From assembly GCA_040954595.2 (NCBI GenBank), contig CM082585.2, positions 3,688,902-3,752,901 on the forward strand: 64,000 bases of DNA, read 5' to 3'. Every line of letters starts with the position of its first letter. Positions within the stretch are counted from its first letter, which is position 1. The DNA comes from Balanoglossus misakiensis. Its lineage: Eukaryota; Animalia; Hemichordata. The notes beneath the pieces are model-generated. The model worked only from the letters and a program-made list of their open reading frames with translations. It was not told where the DNA came from and did not search any database. A program made the position numbers and the translations under genes. Shown piece after piece: positions 50,701 to 62,700 of the stretch.

Positions 50701-53700
50701 TCTATATTATGCGAAAACTAGCATATACAAAGGTTGTTTTTAAAGTTCCCATCCACATGTACAGTGAAACCTTTAAATTACGGTCACCCTCGGGATGTTC
50801 ATAATTAAAAAGGCCAGGCTAAGATGGAAATGGTACACACATACACACACAGGTACAGGTATGCCACGAAGGGGGGGGGGGGGGGGGCATGGGGGAATTC
50901 ACCCAGATTCACCCCCTGTTGACATGTTGTCACCCCCTAGCAATTTGTCAAGGGGGGGGGGGACCAGTGCCCCTTAAAATTATTACAAAACCCAGAAAAG
51001 GCCTGGCTATGATGGAAATGGTAGAGTCTGAGTGGGATCACTGGTTGAAGCACAAACACACAGGCAGTGTTTCATCTAGATTGGGGGGGGGGGGGGGGGG
51101 GGGCGGCTCGTTTGAGACAGAAAATCCCCAACTCATGTGAGAAATATGATCCCAGGTCCTTGGGAGTGGGCGATTCTATTATTCTCCTCATCCATAGCTG
51201 CTCTAAGACTCTGCATGTGTTGTCCATCAGAGTCCAGGAGAGACAAGTCTATGTGCTTCCTCTGAAATAAAGAATTATAATAAGTGTTAATGCTCTCTGA
51301 AATAAGAATGAAAAAAAGGTATAATTTTACCAAAAATTAACACAGGTTTTTAATTCCAGTTTTCTTCGAACTGTCTAGTAGCTAGTTCCCTCTGAAGTTT
51401 CCCTCAGGATAGCTGGTGCTCGATTGAGACGCGGTTTTATCAGGTAAAGCGAATGACTAGAGGTCTTGGGGACAAAACGTCCTCAATCTAATATCAAACT
51501 TTAAATTGGTAAGAAGTCTGACTCGCTTGAACTGGAGCCGGGCTGTCATGAACACAAGTGGTGAGCAAGACCGGCACTGCAGCATTTTCTTCTGTTCATG
51601 AGGACAGACCAGGAGTGTTGACAAGTTCAGTGAAACCTGCCATTACGGACAAATCTTTATTCAGGACACCTGTCCGGTAGTTTTCAAGACAGATTTTTCC
51701 AGACAAAAGTCATGGTTTGAATAGAATATTACCTGTCTATTAAGGACACCTCTCTATTAAGGACAGTTTTTCTGGTCCCAGAGGTGTCCTTATAAGGCAG
51801 GTTTAACTGTACATGTGATGTGTACAGTGATGCCAAGGAACTTGTAATTGGTGATGATTGACAGCGGACCAGCAGTGGTGGCATCATGGCCCTTGGAGGC
51901 TTCCCGTTCCAAGCTGACAACAAGAGAAGAACACGACCTCCTGACATCTTCAACCGCTCTGTGATGAGACGAACATTGGAAGGCTTTGGCTTCTTTCAAC
52001 CTCACTTCTGGATCACCTAAACTTTTCTGAGAGAAAGAGTAAAATGTTTATGTGTAACTGAAAATTAACCATCCATACCATAAGACTTGTGTACTGTAAC
52101 TGTTAAATTCAACTATCGCTTAGATAGATATTCGTGCATTTATTTAATAAATGTACCTACCTGGATTTCAGCAAGTCTTGCCATTCGAACTGATAAAACT
52201 TGTAAAGCTGTTGGAAAGTACAGCTGAATCTGCTTAAAGGGAAGGGGTTGTTGAGTGGGTGTCCCCCTTGATGAGAATATGTCCTCCCATACCAGCACAA
52301 ACCCCACTGCAGTCACCACAACCTACTAGGATCATCAGTTGCTGTTAGTCTCGGGATGTTGTTCATGGATTGTGGTGCAGCTACATGTAGTGTCAAGCGA
52401 TGGGCAATACAGTGGATATTGATGAAATGGCTGTTGTTCTGACGTAATCGTTGACCAACCTATAAAAATAAAATCAAACAAATATCTTATACTCCTATTC
52501 TATACATAAGATTTGTAAACATGATCTCATTGATATACATTTATCTTGAACTGAAATTCTTCTCCAGTCCCAATCACATTATAAATGAATGTGAACCCTT
52601 TGCTTAATACTGTATGTGTTTGAGAAACGTTTGACTGACAAACATGAATTGAAATATGATCAAAAACTTGCCCCTGATTTCGACCCACCATAACTACTAC
52701 CCCATGCATGCTGAACACTGTTGAAAGATCAAATCGAGGTCTTCAAACATCTTCTCTGTGCTTTTCACAATAGTTTCAGCTTTGCCATCTACCAGATCAT
52801 TAATATTAGCAAAAGATACCTTTACCTATAAAAGATTATATGAGAAAGAATATTGGTAATTTCTTCAAAAAGTTACATTAAACCACACAAAACTCAATCA
52901 GACTTTGGTGTCAGGGAGGCTTTATTACACTACAGCATCTTAACACTAACTATAAAACTACATCTACTGCCCCCATACTATAAAATGTACACAAAAAGCA
53001 AAAGACAATCAAAATACAAACATGTCATGAAAGATGACGTTGTATAAGGTAAGCAACTACAAGGCAGAGGGATGGGAGGGTGGGTGAAAAGCAAAACGCT
53101 ATGACAATGTGAAGCAGCGTGTACAAGCAGTGCCGCCTGTAAAAGTACTGAGCCAAGAGGCGGACAGTGGCCTTCCCTGATTGGCTGAAAGTTGGTCATG
53201 TGAGGGTCTCGGAGCTTGCGTGATTTAAACACCGCTCAAAGAGCTAGTACTTAAACCACACAAAACTCAATCAGACTTTGGTGTCAGGGAGGCTTTATTA
53301 CACTACAGCATCTTAACACTAACTATAAAACTACATCTACTGCCCCAAACTCCAAATAGATTACTAGAAAGTAGAACATCAAGTAGACGTACAAAAAAAT
53401 CTAAGTAAGACTTCCAGTGGGTACTGTATGTACGCTTTGTATTGGTGGCAAATACACTGGATCTGTATCTGGCAACTTCCAAGTCAAGCTGTGCTTCCAG
53501 CTGCTGGACTTCTGAATCTGTGGGATAAGTGCCAGCAAAGCCATTCTAGACGTATGAGCAGGTAATGAATTGTAGGTACAGATAGGGTGATAAACACCCC
53601 CTGGGTCAAACAGTGAATGCAAACGTAACAGCTGACCCGGCTCATGTAGTCTAGAAATCGCATCTGGAATATTGTTCAGTTAGCCAGGAACATACATTGC

Positions 53701-56700
53701 CTGCACAGAGAAATTGAAAACAGCAGATAACCAAAACAGTGAACGCAGGCTATCCATAATTACAGCATGTTTTGAAATTCCTTTGTTTATTATATGCATG
53801 GCTGTAATATTGTCTGTATGAAGTATCACCTTGTGATTAGCCCAGTATGGGGCCCACCTGAGAGCAGCTAACAAGAGAACCAAAGTCTCCTTGTAATTAA
53901 TATGCAAATTAGCAGCTTTAGGCCACTCACTCCATGGAAAGTAGAGCCAGTCATTTTTAAACCAAGCACCAGCAGCTTTACCAGATGCATCTGTGTGGAC
54001 ATCAGTAATAGGTGCACGATTTAAAAACCTGACACTACCATTAAACTGTGGTAAGAAAGCAATCCACCAGTCTAAATCTGCAAAAAAGTCATTACACAAT
54101 AATATTTTGTGTGTTGGTTTGTTAAGCTTGCCTATGCAATCTATTATTCTCCGGAGGAAAGTTCTACCTCCATAAATAACTTGACAGGCCCAATTTAGCT
54201 TCCCAGCAAGGGACTGCAGCTGGCGGCGTGATGCACGTTTCTTGTTGCGAAACGAGAGCAGCAGGCGGAAGAATTCATGCAATTTAGCAGGCGGCAAAGA
54301 CAGTGTAAGATTCACACTGTCAATAAGGACTCCCAGAAAAACCAAACGTTGGGTAGGGCCCTCCACTTTGTGCCATGCAATGGCAAAACCCAATTTGCGG
54401 AGAAGTTTGATGAGGATATTCAATGCTTTTTGACATTCCTCATATGTGTCAGCAGGGCTCGAAATTCGTTTTTTTTCTTGGTAGCCTCAGTGGGCTACCA
54501 TTTTCTAAAGTTGGTAGCCCAAGAGCAATAGCTGGTAGTCCACATAATACAATGATAAATCAATGTGCATTGTATACTGCTACATGTACGGTAGTAGGTC
54601 TATATCTGTTTGAGAACGTTGGTAAATTTTTAATATACATACTGCTATGGTGAACAATTATATTGTTGATTGACACGTGTCAAAATGCACACGAGTCCGC
54701 GGCCGGTTGAACCCAGTGTTTTCTCCAGGATGTTGAGAGAAGGGGGAATGTCCCCCCTTAGTCCAAAATTAAGGGGGATTTGGTCGAAGTAAATGTCACG
54801 AATGACAATTTTGAACGTTAACTTACTAACTGCCTTCATTCCATATTAAAAACAGTATTAGTAAATTACAACATTTTACATGTGAAGTTGACAACAAATT
54901 AACAGTTACAGTTTTTTCTTCTTTAAATTAGTAGGTTTTGCAGAGGAAGACACCAACTTGCATAACTTTCAGGGCATGTAATTTAAAAAAGCCTGGAGAG
55001 CTGAAAATAACTCTCCTGAAATTAATTACACAAGTGGTAGGAGAGTGACTAACTGCTCCCCTGGCAAGGAGAGTGAAATGAATAAAATAAATGCAACTGC
55101 AAAAACAATAGTGTCTTTCTTTAATACTATACCTGGTAAAAAAATTCTGGTTTGATTTTAAAAGTTTCAGTTTTTTTAGCTGCCAAAATAATAGATTTTG
55201 AAACCATTATTATAGTGAAATAAATTGAAGTAGTATATATTCCTTCAGATTTCTGCCAACACTTCCCATCTGTGGCTAAGCACACTACTCAAATGGACAG
55301 TCTCTGTACATATTGAATGACTTTCCTTCCAAACAAGGTCATGGAAAACTGAGATGAACGCAGTTCTTTTAATTTGCATAAAATTGTTACGTTCAGCCAT
55401 CACTTGAGTGCAGAGTGTGTGCTCTAAATTTAGACGGCGTCCAGATAGGCTGTTCCAACAATTGCACACTATAGCCCTGGAGCTAAATTACACGTGAATG
55501 AATGTGAAAGTCATCTACAACATAGTTTTGGGGGGTGGGAAGTTAAAATGTATAGGCCAGCACGCAGTAATATCGGCCGTTTTCCCAGTGTTTTGACTGA
55601 CGGTGCATGCTACGGAGGCTTGGACGCGCATGTACTGGCCGGGTGGGCTGCTCACGAAGGGGCGATGGTCGCCCCTTGAACTTGTTACAAGGGGCGATTC
55701 AAGTGTAAAAGAGGGGGGATCGCGCGTCCTGGAGAAAACACTGCTGGTTGTATCATTATAAACTGTAACAAGTCCAAGATACGTCGCACGCATGGTAGCC
55801 CAATTGGGCTACCACTGGTGTCAAATTGGTAGCCCGATCGCAAACATTGGAAGTCTGTGGACGCGGGGCTACCGCGAATTTCGAGCCCTGGTCAGCAACA
55901 ATTAAGAAATCATCTAAATATACTACAACACTATCTATACCTTGACGAGCAAGCATTCTGCGGACAGCTTGAGTTATGCGGTGGAAAATCATGGGAGCTC
56001 GTTTTGCTCCAAAAGGTAACCTTGTATCATACATATATGTCGGCTTCTTTGAGTCAGAAAAAAACCATTTAAGACCAGTAAACTTGTAATTTGACGGATG
56101 GATGCGCACCGACCTATATGCAGACTTGAGGTCCACCTTGGCCATGAAAGAGCCGGGTTTAATAAGATTGATGGCCTCTTGTAAGGTTTGATACGAGAAA
56201 GAGGGGGCATCAGCAAAATCATTGATAGCTGACCCTGGGGGACGACTACAATCGTGTATGAGGCGAACACCATTAGACTGTGGCTTAGGTATTGCTCCTA
56301 TAGCACTAACAATGTGAGGCTTAGTAGGGGTAACAACATAACGCCCTTCCCTAATTTCATCTATAATTTGGCATTCCACTGTACAACAATTCCCTTCATC
56401 AGTGGCAGAGCGATAATTATCCACCTCCACACGAGACCCAACCGAATTACAATCCAAAATATGAAAGCCATTGTTTATACCATCAAGGAGAAAATCCTTG
56501 TCGGGGTCATCAGGGGCAATCTCAGAGACCCAAGCACCGTAATTTAAACTATGGGGGTTGGGTGGAGGGGGAGGCAGGCAGTCTAGTTTTTTGATTCGCT
56601 TGCTACTTTTTCTTCATCATTTGGATGAGATGACTTTGGGTGCTGTTTGCGACACTCCAAACAGATGTGGGCATATGTACATCTATTACCAAACGTACAA

Positions 56701-59700
56701 TTACCTTTGTTGAAACCAATGCATATTGGCCTACCTGTTTTTGCATCTAATGGTGCAGGCAAAACACCCTTTCCCTCGTTAATATTCCCACTAGGGCCAG
56801 GGGCACCCTTACCAGCTACTTTGTTTGCTATGAATTTCTCCCTCAAGTGTACCGATGACAAATGTTGGGACTCCGTACCCCAAGGGAAATGATAGGCTGC
56901 CTGCAACATCCGATACTCCCTGTCATAAACTAGGACAGACGCCCACTCATATCTATCAGCCAACTGTGATACTTTCACAGTGTACGCTAGATAATGTTTG
57001 ATTTGAATAATATCAAACGAATGATTAAGAATCAGTTCATATAAGATGCGCGCGTTCGCCGCTGTCCATTGTTGTGGTGTGACAGAGTTCAGCTTAGGTT
57101 TGGCGGGACCGGATTCCAATATCAGCTTACTGCCGCTATCGCCGACCGACAGGACCTGTTGTTCCACTTTCGTTGTGAAGGAGCCGGGAACAAAGTCAAC
57201 AATATCCAAGTGTTTCTGACCTTTAGTCTTGGGTTTTAGGTAAACCAGAGGGTCTAAATCCATACGATCAGGTGTAGCGCATTTAGGCGGCACGTCCGCG
57301 TTGGAATTCGCAGCCGCTGGTTCTGGAGCCAACGCTTTCAGCAAGGTGTCCAGGTTGAAGCTTGCGGGAGGCGTTTCTTCGCTTTTCAATGTAGATACGG
57401 GAGGAGCACTGTGGTCAGAAGAGCTCACGTCTTTACGACAGTCCGCGCCACTGGAGAAACTTGACACATTCTCTGCAACAGTCGGGGCCGCCATCTTGGA
57501 AGTCATGTTTTTGGCGGGACTGGCTTGACCCTGGCCGGGTCCCATCAGCGCGATTATTGCCGCTTCTAACTGTCTGAGCTGGCCCAATGGACTGATTTTC
57601 ATACTAACCACGTCTTCAGGCTTGATCAGCTTGACCGCATCCAATGTAACGAAGCCGTGCATACCAAGAACCGACAGTGTGTCCAAAGAAATACCGTATT
57701 TTTCTGCCCACAGTTGCATCTCCAAACATGGTGTCATGGACGATAACAGGCTTGCTGTGTCGACGGTATGGTCTACATGACCAGTCGCAGCTGAGTCGAC
57801 GCTGGGCTTATCCATCACTACCACTACGTCTGTCGGTGACAGATGGTTCAACCGAAACGTAACTGTAAAAACAGACTCAACAGCGTACGCTAAATACTGC
57901 TTGAAAAGCAAAACGCTATGACAATGTGAAGCAGCGTGTACAAGCAGTGCCGCCTGTAAAAGTACTGAGCCAAGAGGCGGACAGTGGCCTTCCCTGATTG
58001 GCTGAAAGTTGGTCATGTGAGGGTCTCGGAGCTTGCGTGATTTAAACACCGCTCAAAGAGCTAGTACTTTAAACATTCAGTTGAACTTTATATCAATAAA
58101 GTATAAAATGTGGACTCCAAATTGTTGATTTTAAATCTGTGCATACATGTACCTCAGTCTGGTTGCCAAATATTTTGATGTACCTGGCATACGTACGTAA
58201 TTAGTTGCTTCATCACTTATTATTTTATATGTCAGTTGTTTCATCCATCACGCTGCTGAATGCAGGAGTCGAGGACTGCTCTTGATGTCTTCATATACTA
58301 TAGCTTCACTAGGTTGTTCCTTAGCAAAATACTGTGAAACTGGAAATTTTCACAAACACTAAATTTTCACAAACTTTGCAAGAGCCAAAAAAACGTGACA
58401 ATAAAAAGTTGCGTAAATTTTTTTTCAGAGATATCAATGCAGAGAAATGCCTCTTCTGATATCGCGAAAATTTCCTGTTTTGAAAATTTCCCGTTTTACA
58501 GTAACTGTATACAATCATATGCTGCGTAATATGTATATTATCCATATTTCAATTAGAATAATGTGTCTAAATATCAGAATGAAATGAACCACACTGAAAT
58601 TTCAACATTATTTCAAAGAACATTTTGGTGTCAAGTGGACAACGACTGACATGTTGATGGCTAAGATTGTCAATTTTTTTTTTCATTCTGACTAGGCAAA
58701 GATTACATGAAGAATGGTTGGACAGAGAAAGAAAAGCTCAACAAGAATTTATCCTCAAGAAGGAAAAGGAAGCTGCAATCAGAAGATACCAGGAGGAACA
58801 AGAGGTTGGTGGAATCTCAGAGTTGACTCTCAAAAAATACAAATGAAACAAGTGCTTAGACTTGACAGGACAGAGTTATTTGATGGTGCTGTGATTATAA
58901 CAGGGTTTCCCCACATTGGTCAGAACTGACCAGCACTCCGGTGAAAAAGCCAGCAAGCAATTATTTTGTACTCAATCCAGTCTATTGTCTCATTTTGATA
59001 CATTGATGGATGGGTTTGACTTGCAACTGACATGAATTTTATAAGCTTGTTTACAGAGTGTAATTAAAGGGACCAAGTCGCTGCCCTTTTTTCCATTAAT
59101 TATGTTCGATACAAGACACTGTTATTTTACATGTTGATATGTAGTGAATCCATGTTCGACCACTCTCAACTTCTGTCCAAAATGGCGGATCAAAATGGTG
59201 GCTGGCTCAAATTGCGCACACAGCCAGATGTGAATTCATTCTTAGCGTAAAGGGCAAAAAATATAGTTCACGGTACTTGGTCATCATATGAGTTAATTGT
59301 TGATTTGGAGTACGTATTTAATGGATTTTGATCTGAAAAAAGAGACTTTGTCCCTTTAAGTTAATATGTCCAACAACGTTGTTTGAAAAAGTGTGTTAAT
59401 TTAATACATTAAAGGGACAAAGTCTCTCTCTCGCTGCCCTTTTTTCTATTAATTATATTTGATACAAGACACCGTTTGTTATTCTGCATGTGGATATATA
59501 GTGAATGAACGTTCAACCACACACAACTTCCATCCTTCTTGTGTTAATTTAATACCTTAAAGGGACAAAGTCTCTCTCTCGCTGCCCTTTTTTCTATTAA
59601 TTATATTTGATACAAGACACCGTTTGTTATTCTGCATGTGGATATATAGTGAATGAACGTTCAACCACACACAACTTCCATCCTTCTTATAGACAGGAGA

Positions 59701-62700
59701 GTGAAAAAACTCGCCAAAATGAATAATCGTTCTTTACCATTTATTCATTTTGGGCGAGTTTTTACTCTCATATCATACAAGTGGGATGGAAGTTTTGTGT
59801 GGTTGATCATTGATTCACTATATATCCACATTTACATTAACATAAATGGTGTCTTGTATCAAACATAATTAATGCAAAAGGTGCAGCTGGAGAGAGACTT
59901 TGTCCCTTTAAGTCTTTGTCTTGAGGCCAGTTGCGCGATTGCTAGGATAAAAGACTTGTTTTATTAATACAAGATTCCAGGGTCACCTTCCCCTTGAATT
60001 TACCAGTGGTTGTCCTTGACGTTGACTTGTTTTTTTTCAGCGTCGTATCAGAGAAGAATGGGAAGAAAGAGAACGACAAGATAAAGAAGAACATGACAAG
60101 AAAGCGAAAAAGGACAAAACTTGTGAGGTGACAACACTCGTACTCTTGGCATTGGATCCTGCCGGATTTAGTAGATATGATATCCACACTCAATTTATAG
60201 TTATAGTCTTTTATTGCAGCGTCAAACTTTAACTTGGCAGCTGCACGAACTTTGTTTTCAGTAATGAGGTTGTACAACGATTTTTGCTTTACTCCCTGAT
60301 ACATTGAAGTACCTAGTGTTTTGCTTAAGGGACAAAGTGTCTCTCTCACTGCCCTTGTTCCATTAATTAAGTTTGATACAAGACACCTTTTATGATAATG
60401 TACATGTGTATACACTGTATGTAGTGAATGAACATTTAACCACACACAACTTCCACCCCGCTTGTATTATAGGAGAGTAAAAACTCCGCAAAATGAAAAT
60501 AATGGTAAAGACCGATTATTCATTTTGGCGATTTTTTTCACTCTCTTGTCCACAAGCGGGATGGTAGGTGTGTGTGGTTGAACGTTGATTCACTATATAT
60601 CCACATGTAGAATAACATAAACGATGTCTTGTATCAAACATAATTAATGGAAGAAGGGCAGCATAGTACACGTATTGATTTTGAAAACAAAGTCTTCTTA
60701 CATAATTATCATTTCTGATTTTCCTTAACCTGGAAAACCTGGTATATTCAGATATTGGTGTGTTTTACTCACTCAACAAGACATTGGTTAGATGTGAAAC
60801 TCAAAGACTAAGCTGTATCTTTTAAAAGTACATTTGAGTGTGGGAATATGTTTCTGTTACAGCAACTGAGAGAAAAATATGGAAGATGTGTTCAGAAAGC
60901 TCTTTTCTATGATCTATGAAAGCTTGTGGAATCTGGCTTTTTTGTTGTCATTTGTGTGTTGGTTTGGTTCTTAACTTCTCTTATTTCCAGACATCTTTTA
61001 CCCATAATGTGTTTGTGTCTTTAACAATATCAGGATGTCTTGAAGAGTTTGAATCCTGGCAGCGATGGAGATGAGGTAAAAAATTATTCTTCATCATTGG
61101 AAATGAATAAAAGGGTTCTTATGACATACCTAGATGTGTGTGCAAAATCAATGCATTGATTCAAAGAGGCAACATCCAGAAATGTAGCGGGCCGGCGAAC
61201 ATCATACTGACTGATTGCCAAGGCTACCCAGTCTGATGAAACCGGCCTTGTGAGGCATATTAAAAATATGATTGCCTGAATACATGGTTCATGGGCCCTT
61301 GTGATAGAAAACCATTTGCACCACCACTACCACCCCCCCCCCCCCCACCCCCTTCATCAGGCAAATGGCCACCTTTGCTGAGGCCCATAAACCCATGTAT
61401 TCAGGCAAGAGACAAACTGTAACACAGACACATACGTAGATTTGTAGTCCAGAGTAGATGAGTCCAGACTTTGTTCATTTGTGCTGTGTTCATCTCCAGA
61501 AATTTTGGTAGTAATGATGGCACCACATAACATTATATCACGCCAGTAACTGGTGATAATTTCACTCTGTTGCAGCAAAGCGTGTGCATTTATTGATTTT
61601 TCAATGTTTTAGCACAATGTAGAATAGTTAGAGTATCATTAATGAGTCACTGGCTTTGTCTTCTTAGCTGTAACTTTCCTCATGCAAATTCTTGAAACAT
61701 GATGAAATGCCCAGCGTTTAGCTTATCAACACAACCAAATGTGTATTGTGAGCACTGTTATGGTGCAAAATCTAAATTAAAGTCCGGACTAGAATTCATT
61801 CGTCAATAACAATAACAATGGCTGTGACACACATACAGGCTATGTTGACAAGCTGAGTGCTGAGTATATTAATTAGCATGTTGTTTGGAGTCCAACAAGA
61901 ACTTGCATTTGATACAAAGAACAAAAATAATGAAAATAAAGCTAAAAGTTAAATGTCCCTTTAATTTGCTGTCTTGAATGCTGCTAGAACCTGTGCATTA
62001 CTGTATCCATAGATCACAACAGCTTGTCACAACCCTGAAGCACCTGTCCAGATACAAGAGAAACAGAGAGAAAACTGCTCCTTTTTCTTGAAGACTGGTA
62101 CATGCAGATTTGGTGACAGGTAAGATTCTACATGCTGTCACAGTCACACATAAACGTACTAGTCTTTTGTGACAATCTGTCGATCCCCAATTTTGTGTCT
62201 ATTTTAGATGTTGCTATTTGGCTTACTGGTAGTTTTTAACTGCAATTTGACAATGTATGCCACTCAGGGCTCAAAATTAACAGTAGCCCAACTTCCCAGG
62301 CTTTCCAAATTACTGACTGAGGGCTTTATTTGGTAGCCTACACTGGCTACCAAAGCTTGTACCCAGTAATTGATGTTTGATGTCAGTCACTCAGAAAAAA
62401 TTGCATTTGGTACATGGCACAAATACACTTGACGTTGTCGAAAAGCCAAAAGTTGCAGCATTCACCCCCACTTCCCTCTTTAGAGGTTCAACCTTACCAT
62501 AGAAGACAACGGGTTTGGACTGAACCATTTGTAGTGAAAGGGTTGATAAGCACTGTTGATGATATCATGTCTTTCTTGTTGTTCATCCAGATGTTCGCGC
62601 TACCACCCTCCAACCACGATCAGCAATACTTTGATGATTCCAAACATGTTCAGTAACTTTTCCATGGAGCAGTCAATCCGAGATGAGTATGACACTGACA

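Larger units (their letters stand above)
52878..58070 (-). mobile_element. Ngaro/DIRS-group tyrosine-recombinase retrotransposon with split direct repeats, non-autonomous copy
   Basis: Repeat A at 57902-58069 = 53085-53252; repeat B at 53251-53346 = 52878-52973 (order A1-ORFs-B1-A2-B2). Gag, RT-RNase H and a recombinase remnant are present. Confidence 0.9.

Noticed and set aside
52978-53232. 84-aa ORF identical to the start of the 488-aa ORF
   Set aside because: It is the second copy of Ngaro repeat A, not a separate gene.
60721-60751. Perfect U12 branch consensus TTCCTTAAC ~20 nt before an AG within ZRSR2 intron 5 (possible autoregulatory site)
   Set aside because: I found no U12 donor upstream in this intron, and a 9-mer like this can occur by chance in 64 kb of AT-rich DNA; it would need RNA-seq or conservation support.
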